Notes: a model not told the origin generated them from the sequence alone. A stretch of 64,000 bases of DNA from Balanoglossus misakiensis (GCA_040954595.2 CM082579.2:10591625-10655624); one strand, 5' to 3'; counted from the stretch's first letter, positions 1 to 13,335 are shown. Made by a program: numbers and translations.

Positions 1-3000
1 TATCAATTCTCATTTTCTGATACGAACAGTAAACGGCTGGCTGTTACTACAATCATGAAATTTTCACCTACAAAATGAAAAATAACACCACTATAATATT
101 TGATAAAATGTCCACATAACCCAATAATCTATCTCGATTCAGTTAGAGCCACTTTGGGCATAACTGTCCCTCGCCGAATAAAAACTGCTAATAAGCAGAA
201 GTACGGTTCGATGACGTCATTTCATTGAAAATTTCAAAGGGGTATCCTGACGCCGCATGTATGCCAGATGACACTGTCTGTACTTGCATGGGTACACAAC
301 CATGGCGACTGAACAATATCCCGTCCATATTCAAATGACTGCAGCCACGATTTAACTGTGCCGTGAGTCATCAACCATGAAAATATCCACCAAACTTTGT
401 ATTATCACAGCTGCAATATGCAGCAAAGCAGAAAGCAGAAATCAGATTTCTTTTTAACGGTGTACTGTATTAAATGAACAAAATTGAAGTGTTGAAATCA
501 ATTTCCAATCGTTTTCAGAGACTTGGAGATAAAGATGATGGTATAAAAGCCGCGCAATAATATTCTTCTTTGCTTTATGTTGGCCTCCAAAAGTCAGAAA
601 AAAAGTTAATTGACCAAAAGACAATGAGTGAGTATTAGAGAGTTGAGTAAATTAGTTATTTGCACTCTAACGCACAATACCGGTTTTCAAAATTTAAAGT
701 TTTAACTCTAACAAAATCTTGTTCATTCAGTTTAAACTCGTGTCTGGTAGTATCATTGGAATGACACGCACTTGTGTTATACAACATGTACATTGACCAT
801 AATATCTGAAGATTACGATTATCTTGAAATAATTACAAATTGAATCATATCAGCAAACAAGACTTTGTGTATTTTACCCCTCCTATGGCGAACTAATACG
901 CTTTTATGCAAAGTGCAATTTTTGTATTTAAATGAACGGGTTTTTATCTGATTGACTTGATAAATATTTCAATGGAAAACACTTCATGTATAGAAACAGC
1001 TGGGTGATGACTTCGGCTTTGAAGACCGACCACCGGGGGGTTGTGTGGTAAAACATCTTTGTCTGTGGGTAAACGATACACTAGCCCACTAGTCGCTTGG
1101 TGATTTGTTGTCTTTATAAAGATTCTTCTCAATACTTTCGCGTATTTGCAAGCTTTGAGCGAGTTTCTGGTATTGAGCTGAGTTTTGAATTCGGGACTGG
1201 GCGCGGGCTTCTTGTTTCGGTATACCGTCCACCGAGGCCAACGCGATCCCAGACATAGACTTGGAGAAAGTCTATAGGTAAACGACTATTTTGTGAATGC
1301 AGCTATCCAAATACAAAAAGTAATTCCCCGGAACTGCCGTAAATGGCCGAACCTTCGACGATAACATTCAGAAAGTTACATCTGTGAACATCCATAACTA
1401 GCTGAAGTCTGGATAATGCAATTTTGCCTTGTCCTCTCCCTGGCCTTAACGTGCCAACAATTATCATTTTGGTTTTATATGATCCGTTTAACCAAAGACA
1501 TGACTAGCGGATTGTATTCAATCCGTATACGCGGCACAGATTGGCCAGAATTCAACAATCAGAGACCTTGAAAATATCTTTTCACAAAGATTTTGCATAC
1601 GACATCACAATTTCATATTTGTGGTATAAATATTAATACATCAACGCACCCTCTTTTAACTCGAATTGGACGCAGAGAAAACGAAAATAGCCTGCTTCTC
1701 ATCTGAGGAAGATCGACAAACATAACCGTGACTTCCGTGACCGAAACCGTAGGCATTTTCAGTGCAAGCGTATCAAATCTATGGTAGCATTAACGTACAG
1801 CATATTCGACCCCTTCAGACAAGAAGTTGTATTGAGAATTCGTGCAGACTCGATGGGTATATAGAAGGAACCGTTCCAGATACATGGCGTTGTATGGCTT
1901 CAACTCTTACCTTGTAACTTAGGGCATGCGCAGGTTGGCAAGAAGCAAGATGGTTGCACTCTTGTCAATGATATCACGACGTCTTGTAACTGTCTACCAA
2001 TTGAAGACTTATTTGCACGTGATTACAAACAATAACTTGTTTCACTCGGTCGATTTTGATCGCTAATCAAGAGTCAGCAACTTGAGTGACAGATAAGAAT
2101 TCCGCAATGTTTTGAGGGAACAAATTGTCGCTAGCTAATTCAAACACTGATGTACATGTATGTGTAACCCACGTTAAAAGTTGGTGTCGTCTGAAGTAAT
2201 TCAGAAGGAAGTATGAAGATGATTATCAGTTTGCCAGCTATGTACAACAAATAAGGTTAAATGTCCGGATTACGTAACGGACATGCATGGCCCGGCCGGC
2301 CACGCCGCTATACCAACAAACCATAATAATCGTAACAGGTACACTTCAACATCGCCCCAGCAGCAGCGCTAGCAGAAGATTGTCTTTGGCGCCGTGTTTT
2401 ATCTCGCCGCACTAATCTAGTTGTGAAAATTAGACGGCACGACTGGCTCCGTGAAGCCCAATGTCAATCAATACCTTCTCTTCCAGAAGGTCATAGCTAC
2501 GGGAATAGCCCAGGCTCGCTCCGAGTCTGACTACATAACAAATCAATGGACAATTCAGACATGAACAAAATATCACTCACGAATGCGAATTATTAACCAG
2601 CTTGTTGCCTCCGCGTACGGTGATCTTGGATATTTTCAAACCATATTTTCTCGGCATCTTGTAATGTTCGTCACATCATAGCAGACGATTGTTATCTATA
2701 AAACCGACAGCTGAATTTAACACAATATATCTCATAACGGTCATCTTCGTTCTCCGAAAGATGAAATCGTCACCGATATCACGGTTGACTAGTAACCGTG
2801 CCGATACCAACAAAAATGGCTGCTGTTTTTGGTAAACCCGATCCAATACTGGTATTGGAAGAACAGTTGATCCATGTTGGATTTTTTAAAAAAAATGGAA
2901 TTTCGTGGGGATGGAACGGGTTTTCGTGTAGTGGAATTAATTATCGGCTTCCTGCACTGTCTGTCTGTCTGACCTACCTTGCAGAGCCGCGCAGGCAGAA

Positions 3001-6000
3001 AACCGAGCATCAAGCACACGAACGCAGCCTCAATGCTACTGGGTGGTCGCTCGACCACCGCTCTCCATATATTCAAAAATTCCATATTTCAACAGTCATC
3101 ACAAATGTCCGTTGCTGATTGCGACCACTATCTCCAAATGAGTGTACACCCGTAATCACACACAAAGTCGCTGGAATTAATTTTTGTTGCAGCCACCAGA
3201 TGCCCCCTTAGCTTGGTGTGAATGCAATTCACAAACTCCTCGCGATCATCAGACCAAGACAGTTTACAATGGGTGGTCGGGCTTTTTTGCACATGAAAAT
3301 TACTCTGTATAGTGGATTGACGTCAAGTCATGTTGTTTGTTAATGAGGACCGAGGTACAAATGGACGACATGGCGTCCGGATACCTAGACCGCGGTAAAT
3401 TAAAACACACTCCTCGAATCAAAGCGTGACCTAGTAACAGGCTTTTACATGGTGGAAAGGTATTGCATTGTAAACAGGACCTGCCAAACGCTCTATTTAA
3501 GCGCATGCATGCACATCCACGTAAAGTAAACAATTTGTAGAATAAAACACCAACATAGCGAAACAGCGTAGACACCTCGCCAGGTGCCACCGATTTATTT
3601 TGTGATTCATTTTCGGAATTAAACTTGATGAGATGGGGATTCTGAAAACACAATTGCCATACGAGTTTCTCCCCCTCCGCCAAGAAAAAAACAACGTTTA
3701 CACAAGCACGGCATAACCATGAGAATAAAAATATACAATACCCGGAAACTTTGTTCGGATGGTTTGATCTGCGTTTATCACAAAGCAGGTAATGGCGCGC
3801 ATTTGCAATGGGTGAAATATATAGGCCAGAGTTTCAATGGGAAGCGCTATCCAATTGCAACATCCTTAGATGCAATATAGCAACAGGCGTCCAGGATCAG
3901 TGCTATAGTCTCATGTGTTACATCTTTGCATGGTGGGAGTCAATATTCACTTTTACTAAAGTGAAAATGTCGCATTTAAGAATTTTTTTATTTTTTTTTA
4001 TTTATTCCCTTTCATTCAATAGTTCCTTGGGTGGAGCGTATTAAACATTCTTTTGAAGCTAAGCTTAAAATGTTTGATGCTCGCAATTCATGCAAGCAAT
4101 TTGTCCCCTGGGTTGCACTAAGGTTGTCGGTATGGGCCCTGTTTGTTGCGTTGCGCTCTTTTGGCAACCCAATACTAATTTACCCAATGCTACACTTGAT
4201 ACAAATATTCAAGGAATACCTGAACGTTACTGGAGTGTGTGAAATGTAATATCCGTCAAGTTCTCTCGGTAAATTTAAGAATAGAAACGTAAGCTGAAAT
4301 AACGTCTGAAGTGGACGTGCTTTTGTATTGGCACGGTTCAACGATATCTGCTTGCGTCACTTGACTCCCGTTCACCTCCCGTTCTGAACATAATTTGAGC
4401 CCAAATATTCACTCACTTCACTTGTTTCACTAGGCTCGGTCATTTTATCATTAAATTGAAAAGCCATCATTCCTAGGCCTGGACCCAACAGATCATCTGT
4501 CAGTTAGAATTTGCTCGAAACTGATAAAACACAGACTACATTTTCCATTTAGTTTTTCTCATTAAAGTTGACTATGTGGGGGAAAAGGGGAAATATGCAA
4601 CTTCAAGTTGGTTTGTTCGTTGTTTACTTGGCTTATCCACAATATTCGGGGCGGAATTAATACATGTAACCAGTAGGTGTAAGCTGGGACAAGGTACGGG
4701 TGGTTCTCGTTCCATTTGAAAATGGTGGAACGTTACAACTTTCTGAGTGCGTGTATACGTGTATCTCATGGCAATAGGCTAAACTAACCACTTATAACCG
4801 TAGGCTTATAAGACGGTCAGATCAAAATGTATAGAACATACATGTACACCCTTGGTGATAACATTAAATATTAGAGCACAATCTCTATAGGGGGACTGTG
4901 GTTAGACATAACAGTAAGGTGCTTTCATATCACTCAAGTCGAAACGAACCCGACTGTATAGTTACATATGCCAAATCGTGACTGGCTTTTTGCACCTAAA
5001 AAGCATTGCCCAACTGCACACATCTTGTACCAAGAGAACCACCTGTTAATGTGTCTGTCTCTACATGTGATTAAAAGACAAGTGTAGACCTTCTTCGGAT
5101 TTATCCTACACATCTTAGTTTGAACAATCTTGACAATAATACGGAGGAGGAAAAGTAAATTCTAGTTTCTGTACGAGTTCTACTGAAACATGGAAGCCAG
5201 CAGAACAACAATACTGAGGCTCAGTTCACTGGTACACCGACTCTCGAAACAACGTATGACAGCAGCTACGAACTTACGTCCGATGTAAACTTGGTACCTG
5301 GATCTGGAATCCGGTTTACTGAGCTGAGGAGGTGTGTGATGATCACTAATGAACATGTATTAGGCTTGATAACATCGTAAACGTACAAACTTACCTGGCA
5401 TAGATAAAAACCAAAATTGTACCAACGAGTGTTTTTTGACGACGTTGTGTCTGGAAAGCACGCATCAGATGGTAGACTTTGACCGGTCTCGCACGGCTTG
5501 TTGATCAATCATTTGCCAGGCTGTGCAGCTAGCTATAAACGCACACCTCTTACAGTTCAGCGGTAAACATGTGATCAAAGCACGTAACACACGCCAACAA
5601 TACGGGAAATAAAGCCGCTTTCGTCGCCAATGTCCATCGGAAGATCAATTCTGACACGACGCATGCGTATATACGACATGGCCGCTCACCAAACTGTGAA
5701 TATTGGAGGTGGATATGCAGCTACTCGTCGCATCGGATATTTTATCACAGATATTTTGGCCTTTGAAACATGCACTGAAATTCTAGGTACACATACATAT
5801 TGTAGTGATGGATTGCCCGATGGCTGATCTTTACACCTTTTCACAGTGTATCCAAGGTGTCCATAACCAGTACAATGTGCTCGATTTAACAGCGCATTCA
5901 CGCGATTTAACCCCTGGATCAAATTGCCAGTCTGTTTATGTTGAATATCACTGCATCCTAGATATAGGTCGATTCTTGAAATAGGATTTTAGCGGCAACA

Positions 6001-6517
6001 GCCATCTATGAACGCGAGCAGAAATCAACACAAACTCACTATATTTGCTCAGTAAACGCCCTTTGTTAATTATGTTGACTTGGTTTGGTCTTTGTGATGG
6101 GTGCCGTGTGTTAACTTGGCAAACGAAGTCACTGTTGGCATATTTTAGCAGACAGACAAACATTGAGTGAGTGAGCCTTGCCAGCGTTTGTTAACAATCA
6201 AACAAAAAGTCACCCCCATATCCAAAAGCGCAGTGACTTTAATGACATGAGTGTTATGTAAGAATATGTATGGGATCCACATTGACTGTTGTTGTGTTTT
6301 CAATGCAATAAATTCAAACGCATCGCATAGTTTAAATTAATTCTGATTATGAAGGTCTGGTGATATCAAAAACGTGCCAATCATGATGCATACACGACCC
6401 TGTTGACATATTTACTGAAAGTATTGGATGCCGGTTTAGAAGAGATTCACTCCGTTTTCCTCGCTTCGGCATGGGGGCGTCCTAACCATACTGTATACCC
6501 CTTGTCTTCCAGTACGC

Positions 6518-6593
6518 CAATCTGATTAAAATCAGATGTAGGGAACGGCGAAAAACACGTCGCCGTTCCCTACATCTGATTTTAATCAGATTG
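6518..6593. mobile_element. Mini foldback element with 9-bp TSD (copy 1)
   Basis: caatctgattaaaatcagatgtagggaacggcga...tcgccgttccctacatctgattttaatcagattg, flanked by CCAGTACGC on both sides. Confidence 0.88.
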
Positions 6594-8149
6594 CCAGTAC
6601 GCAAGCGCCTTCTCAGCTAGCAAATTCAATTTCTTATCTTAAAATTTCCCATATATTTTGTGTATAGGTGAGCTGGAAATTTGCCCTTCAAACGCTTTCT
6701 CCCCAGTTACCGGGGAACGCATGGAGGTTGCTTTGGAATGACTTTGTATGGGCCGGGGGAAAACTCCCCCTTTGTCGCGGGATGTCGAGAAATGTTTCGA
6801 AACATTAGAATATGCTAATAAGGCGTATGTTGATCATTGTCTGCTTCGTCACCGTGCAGTTAACCATCTCATATACTCGGTTAAACCCCAACACTACTTA
6901 AATTACAAGAACAGAATTTGGGAAACTTATTGGCATGGATACCACTTTCACCCTTCTATTAACTATCATTTAAAGAGACTCCGTTTACTGCAAGTAATTA
7001 GAAGAGATACCATTCATAGAAGTTTTGCGAGGAGGATCGTGACCTCTAATGAGCCATTGCAATTGCCATGGCTTGATTTCTTGATAATTTTCAATGTGAC
7101 ACTTGCACATGTTATTTACACTCAAATATGAAATGTTGTCACTATAAATGTGTTCGATTAAATAAATGTCATACAATGTACTTGTGCATCGTCCTGTCCG
7201 CGATGACCAGATCGATCTGTCCGACGGAATAAATAAGCTTTGTTAGAAAAATATCCGCTGAAGGTGTCTTGACCTACATGAAGTCTAATTAAAGAATTGA
7301 AGTGAAGAAAATTACTAGTAGGTCGACATATCACATGCAACATAAAAAACAACAGCAGTTGTAAATAGTTGGGATGAGGGGAGCAGAAGAACAATCTGTT
7401 CTTCCTGGATGCAGAATACATGGGTGTGGCAAAACGTACTGTGGTTTTCGAATTCGATATTTTACCGACACTATTGAGAAGGCCTGAATTAGGTATCAGT
7501 CCGACACTGAACTCCGCTTGGTTTATCTGTCGAGACTTGAAATTGAATGCAATTATTTGACAATAACAATGTCGGCTGTGCATACATGGATGTTGGGTTT
7601 CGTATACTTTAGAGAGCCAACCAAGAAACCATAGCTGATACGGCGAATAAAAATACTGATACGGTAGTCAAACTGAACAATGAGAACTTTGCGGCTTTCG
7701 AAAGAGATGAGCGCCCTCAACGACACAAGGACTGGATGAGTTTTTCTGTTGTTTTCTTGGTCAAGTGCTTTTAATCTTTTAATTTGTACACATTTCAATT
7801 TGTGTATTGTAATGTCTGATTGTGTTTTCCGTTTAGCTGATACAAAGGTTTTGAATAAATAAATAATAGGGTGACAAACACGTTTGAAGGAAAATAACGT
7901 AAAATCCGGTATCAGACTCAGAGTACTAGTATATTCAATGCAAAAGACACTCAAACTTGTACCGCTAATAATTTACTCACTCTCCACGCAGAGCTCTCAT
8001 CAAGTATCACCCTGATCGAGTATTACCCAATAATAATAATACCGGGTTTTCAGCTCAGGCTAGATCCCGACTTAATTGAATACAAATTATTACTATTAGG
8101 CCTAAAGTGTGTACATGTCAGTGATCATAGTATGATACATGCGTTTGGC

Positions 8150-8227
8150 TAGAATCCAGATTCATGTTTCTCGCTTTGCTCACTCACACAGCAACGCGAT
8201 AAAACACGAGTCTGGATTCTAGCCTAT
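8150..8227. mobile_element. Short hairpin insertion with 8-bp direct repeat, upstream of MGAT4 start
   Basis: tagaatccaga...tctggattcta inverted arms; cgtttggc at 8142-8149 and 8228-8235. Confidence 0.55.
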
Positions 8228-8386
8228 CGTTTGGCGTGATTATGATCGTGAATATCACAGGCAGTGAAACTCACTCTCAGAAGCAAGATGCGATGCACGC
8301 ACGCAATGTTGATGCTGCCATCTTGATCACTGGGATTGAGCTAAATACTCCTGTAAGATCCGAGCATGCGCAATCAAATTCTCTCA

Positions 8387-8471
8387 ATGGCCTTACGAAG
8401 AAATGGAATAGTGCTTCTGTCTTTCCTGGTCTTTCTTGTGTGTACATTGGTACTGTTGAGCAGTCGGCCAG
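8387..8471 (+). CDS. MGAT4: MGAT4A/B-like GlcNAc-transferase IV, coding exon 1 (type II signal-anchor)
   Basis: ATG 8387 gives MALRRNGIVLLSFLVFLVCTLVLLSSRP (basic tail then hydrophobic helix), followed by a G|gtaagg donor, phase 1. An in-frame upstream ATG at 8366 is an alternative start. Confidence 0.85.
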
Positions 8472-8976
8472 GTAAGGGTACGGAATATATTTTTCAGAAA
8501 ATTGGCTTTCGAACGATACCAAACTCGTGTACGCAATTAACACTATTCTTGCACAAATCTACATTGATATCATGTTGTAGCTTGGTATCCATCGAAGGTG
8601 TGGTCTGAAGATCAGCTTAGATGGTCTGTTTAACTTCCAGTGTTGTTGGTTCACTTGTGCGGTAGTGTAGTGTGTATATTGCTTAATTTATTGCCGTTTT
8701 GTTATCTCTGGTGCGTTGGTCTTTGTTTTCTACGGAGCCGCTTTATATTTAGGCCGGTAACTGTTAGAATTAACGTCAGTACCAAATATGTGTTGCTGTC
8801 AGCAGCAGCACTGTGTTAAACCGTACATGTACCACATCGGTACCGGTGGTATCGGTATTATCACTATCTATAATATTCTGCGGAAAATGCTGTTTCGTGT
8901 TTGGAACTACCCGTTACCCGGAAGTGTGGCGTTGCCTGTTTTCTGACACTTTGGTTTTTAGCTTGGTCTCAGACAA

Positions 8977-9215
8977 GTGAATCAGTGTTCGACCACACAC
9001 AACTTCCATCCCACTTGTAGACACGAGAGTGAACAACTCGCAAAAATGCATAATCGGTCTCTACCGTTTTTACTCTCATACATACAAGCGGGATGGAAGT
9101 TGTGTGTGGTTGAACGTTCTTTCACTACATATACACATGTACATTTAACATAAATGGTGTATTGTATCAAACATAATTAATGGAAAAAGGGCAGCGAGAG
9201 AGAGACTTTGTCCCT
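8977..9215. mobile_element. TTAA-target foldback MITE family B (Kolobok-like), right-arm partial copy
   Basis: Ends gcagcgagagagagactttgtccct-ttaa; homologous to the full copies at 20215, 25114 and 27321. Confidence 0.8.
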
Positions 9216-10174
9216 TTAAGATAGACCATATTTAAGAACATCAAAATACAAATGCAAAAGGTTCATTATCATGCAATTCAGTGAGATAATGCTCTAGCCA
9301 CAGAAGAGTTACATCATGTACTGACAAAATTAATTATAACAAATAAATTATGAATCAGGGGCACTTTCATTTCCCTTATCTTAATTTTCAATTACCTTCA
9401 AGGATTTCCAACTGCTAGAGTAAATAGAAAATGATTTTCTTCAAATCTGTCAGATGCTGATGTAGATATGCTCTGATAGCTTTTTCATAAATCACTCAGT
9501 ATGGCTTATGTAATTTAGTTATCAACAAGTGTAAAGTTACAATCAAGTTCTGTGCATAGGGTTTCTGTATTCCATGGTAACTTCCCAGACCTAGTCTTTC
9601 ATAATTCTGTGTTGTTACGATGACCATCACATCCTGCTGTGCAGATTAAAAACCTGTAGATGAAAATGTTGAAATAAGTTCTCTTTGGGTTTTATAAACT
9701 GCATGATATTCATCAGACTCAGAGGATGAATATTAAAGTATTCCGATAAGAAATTCTGGCTTTTTCTGGACAGGTTTTATTTCTGTTAATTATTTTCATC
9801 ATTACTGTCCACATGGAATCAAATAATTTCTCATGGATCGTGCAATTTATAACTGAAGTGTGTGTTTTATGTTTTATAGCTGCACATGTATGTATTAAAA
9901 ACCTTGATTATACTAAATTGTGATAAGACTATCATCAACCATGTCTATTAAGAGTTACATGCTGTGTTCAGGAAATGGATTGCATTAAAAGTAATTTCTG
10001 ACCACATTTAGTGACTTACCGGTAGTTAACGATCGATCCCTATGAATAATTATTATCATTATATAACCCACAGTCCCTCTAGAGCAGTGGAGGGATTGTG
10101 GATAACTGTGCATTGAACAAAAACATGAAACCTTAAAAGTTGCCCTCATATGTCAATCGTGAAAGGGAAACATA

Positions 10175-10382
10175 CTGTAAAACACTTTATTTTCGCGAGC
10201 AATTAATTTTCGCCAAATGCGCGAGAGCCAAAATAGCGTGAAAATAAAAAGTCGCGTAAATTGTTTTTGAAGATAACGATGCAGTGAATGAAATAAGAGA
10301 ACGCGAAAATTAATACTCGCGAAACAGTGGCCTCTATCGATATCGCGAAAATTTTGACTCGCGAAAATAAAGTGTTTTACAG
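10175..10382. mobile_element. TA-flanked MITE family A (Tc1/mariner-type signature)
   Basis: ta-ctgtaaaacactttattttcgcgag...ctcgcgaaaataaagtgttttacag-ta, perfect TIR of about 25 bp. Confidence 0.88.
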
Positions 10383-10824
10383 TAGCTTTTTCTTCAGCAT
10401 GTAATTTTAATTTTCTTGTTTAATTTTCCATTTTGTGAGTGTGGGTACAGTTTTGTGTCACGGTCTGACAATTCTGCCTGTCTCATCACATGTTCATAGC
10501 TGTCTGACAGACTTAATATTCCTTTTTATTTATCGTGAAAATTGTCATATGATCAGGAAACAAAAGCAGAAATCTCATTAGCTTTCAAAGCTTGGCATTG
10601 GAAACAGGTGTTAAAATAGATCACACCCAATTATAGTATTGAATACAGTCAGAATTTATATTGTTCATCACTGCACACAATCTTGTACTTTCAGGCCTAT
10701 CAATACATCTAACAAATCCATCCATCTTTTCAAACCAACAGGTGTATTCAAATTATCACAGCAGTCAAATCACTGGAATAATTGTGATGCATTTTGTCTT
10801 AGACATCCATTCATCTACTTACAG

Positions 10825-11016
10825 GTAATGACAAAGTTGCTGATGAGCTCTATGAACAGAGGTTAAATGAAGTGGTCGAAAGATTGCGGTATGCGGAGAA
10901 ACAAAACCAAGCTCGATCACAGGAGCTGTTCCAGCTCAAAGAACAGATGGCAGTGGCGTTCTCCAATATCAAGGTAGACCAAGGAGGTAGCAATGATACT
11001 CTGGATAGAGAAAAAA
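10825..11016 (+). CDS. MGAT4: MGAT4-like exon 2 (coiled-coil stem)
   Basis: ttacag acceptor and gtgagt donor; reads GNDKVADELYEQRLNEVVERLRYAEKQNQARSQELFQLKEQM..., resembling the MGAT4 stem; phase 1-1. Confidence 0.85.
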
Positions 11017-11082
11017 GTGAGTAATCATCTTCCTTTTCATCTTAAAAATCTTAGAAAAAGAGTCCTTGTCATTTTCTTTTTA

Positions 11083-11390
11083 TTAGGTCCCATTTTGGTA
11101 TAGATATTATATATATATCAGTGTGACCTTATGGGATCGGTTGCGTCTGTATGTATGGATGTATGGATGGATGTATGTCTGTATGTCCGTCCACATCAAA
11201 AACTTGAAAACCTCTGCGCGTATAACCTCGATATTTGGTGTGCAGATGCATTACAGGCTGTAGATGGGAGTTTATTCAAATGAAGGTGTCATTGCCAAAA
11301 ATATGCAAATTAGCTGTGAAAAACGTGAAATTGGTCAAAACTCAGAAACTCAACAACCCCTGGTCATACATTAAAAATTTCACATTTCCA
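11083..11390 (+). mobile_element. Helentron-associated (HINE/DINE-1-like) element, 5' part
   Basis: T-rich insertion site; ttaggtc...gacctta inverted motif; (tgta/tgga)n microsatellite ending gtccgtcca; then a core-like region (atatttggtg, aatatgcaaattag). Right boundary uncertain. Confidence 0.6.
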
Positions 11391-11518
11391 GTCGTCAGAT
11401 TTTGGTAGACTTTTTATATGTTATAAAGGAGATTCAATACTACAGAAAACCGTTGAGAAACCTTTTGTTGCAATTTTTGGGGGGTCAATCCATATTTTCA
11501 GCTGACTATAGGCTGTAC

Positions 11519-11899
11519 CAGAGTCGTGTGCGAGTTGTTTGTACTTGGCGATTTCTGAGAGGGACTACGCATTCTACATGCTCATTCCAGTTTCCAGCTA
11601 CCTTCAGCTGACCGCTGGAAAGTACCGGGGCTGTGATTGGTTGCCCACCTCAAATCCCTCCAAAACTCACGGAAGATAGTTTTACTTTTAAATCAGCAAG
11701 TAGGATAGCAGGGATGAATTTTGACATGGAAATGGGTGGTATCGATGCCGATTTATTGATTAAATTTCGCCTTTGTGTGAATGAAAACATCTACGGAACT
11801 TGGCAATGCATCTGTCAACATTGGATTTGGTTGCATGACTTGTCCTTTTTCTTGTTTCATAGGCGATCGCCGTGTACAAACAACGCGCACATGACTGTG
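11519..11899. mobile_element. 381-bp MITE with 8-bp TSD (hAT-type signature)
   Basis: Imperfect TIR of about 34 bp, cagagtcgtgtgcgagttgtttgtacttggcgat / atcgccgtgtacaaacaacgcgcacatgactgtg; GGCTGTAC at 11511-11518 and 11900-11907. Confidence 0.85.
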
Positions 11900-12663
11900 G
11901 GCTGTACATTGGTTCAAAATGATGCAATTCTTTTCAAATTGGGAGTCCAGTATTATCACCACTCTTTCTCAAAGCTACTGTAATAAAAACTGTGATATAT
12001 AATCATGTGTAATGCTCTCTCCCACTCCCAGTCAGTGTCCTACTGGGATGGACAAGATTTCACTGATTAAAAAACTGGAAACATGCTGGGTGAAAATAAT
12101 TCTACCTTTGCGGGTTACGTGGATAGTACATTTATTGAGTCGTCAGGAATAGTGTCTGATCATGCAGGAACAGTTCCGAACAATTACTTTGCACTACAGC
12201 AGTATATAGGATTTATGCTGCATGTTCAAAAGAAATTAAATTGAGAGACCAAATTAACTGTATTTCAGTCTGTCCACTGATGTGGTATCATTTTAGTGCT
12301 ATCACCTAGAATTATAAAACTTGTGATGCATACGTGTATGGTGACGTGACAACCACCATGTGATTTTTTTTCCCCCTTTGGATGACGTCCATTCAGGGAA
12401 CTAGAAGATTGGCTCTGTCAGTCCGTTGTTGGTCCATCTGTCCAAGCATGCTCGGACTGAGCTCATTCAAGCATACATGTACATGTACCTATAGAGTGGT
12501 GCATTATGAGGTACATACAGATCAGTATGTACATCATTGAATTCTTTGGTATGATTCAATATGGTGATTGGTAGCCATAATGATAGACATGCCTGAACAA
12601 ATCTCCTTCAAATTTGGTAAAGGGGCACCATATGCACATTACTTTTATTGCCATATGGACATG

Positions 12664-12732
12664 CAATCTGATTAAATTCAGATGTAAAAAAAACCAAGTC
12701 GCCGTTCCCTACATCTGATTTTAATCAGATTG
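12664..12732. mobile_element. Mini foldback element with 9-bp TSD (copy 2)
   Basis: Same termini with part of the left arm missing; flanked by an ATGGACATG direct repeat. Confidence 0.85.
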
Positions 12733-13314
12733 ATGGACATGGTACTGTGAATGTGATTTTAATGTGTACTGTACATCAATTTGTGTTGCAGTATGATCCA
12801 ATATGGCAGCTGGGTGGCCATATTACTATGACACGCATGTATGCCAATCAATTTTTGTGGATAAATGAATCATTACATTTATGGCCATTGTCTTGGGTGG
12901 ACATTTTGTTACATACATGTACAGTACATGTATACAGGATGTACGTGTACTGCAGTTACACCAAATTATTCATGACGTGGTACAAATTTAATATCTGTAC
13001 TGTAGTTGCCAGGTTTCACATATCCTAAGCCATTACTCTCTGATGATTATCTGTTTGTGACACAGTGTGATCAGTTTTGATAGCCTGGTAATTATTCTGT
13101 TGTGATTTTTGTTTTTGTCAGTTGTTCTTAATACTGAAAATATTCTTGATGTGATTGCTTTGAAACTTTGGCCTGGTTTGTTATGATATTGCCGGTGCTC
13201 TTGTGACTTTCATGACACAGTGAATTCACTTATATTAGAACCTGCCTTTGATAGTGCCTGCAGTATAAACAAAAAATCACTGACAATATTGTTCCTACAT
13301 TTTACTTCCAACAG

Positions 13315-13335
13315 CTCACAACATTAGAGACACAG
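13315..13335 (+). CDS. Candidate 21-nt cassette microexon of the MGAT4-like gene
   Basis: cactgac branch-like motif, pyrimidine tract and caacag acceptor; CAG|gtagaa donor; phase 1-1, open (THNIRDT). Confidence 0.45.

Noticed and set aside
2789-7954. Several 65-141 aa ORFs on both strands
   Set aside because: Most start at non-ATG codons. I saw no recognisable domains and no consistent exon chain, so they are compatible with chance frames.
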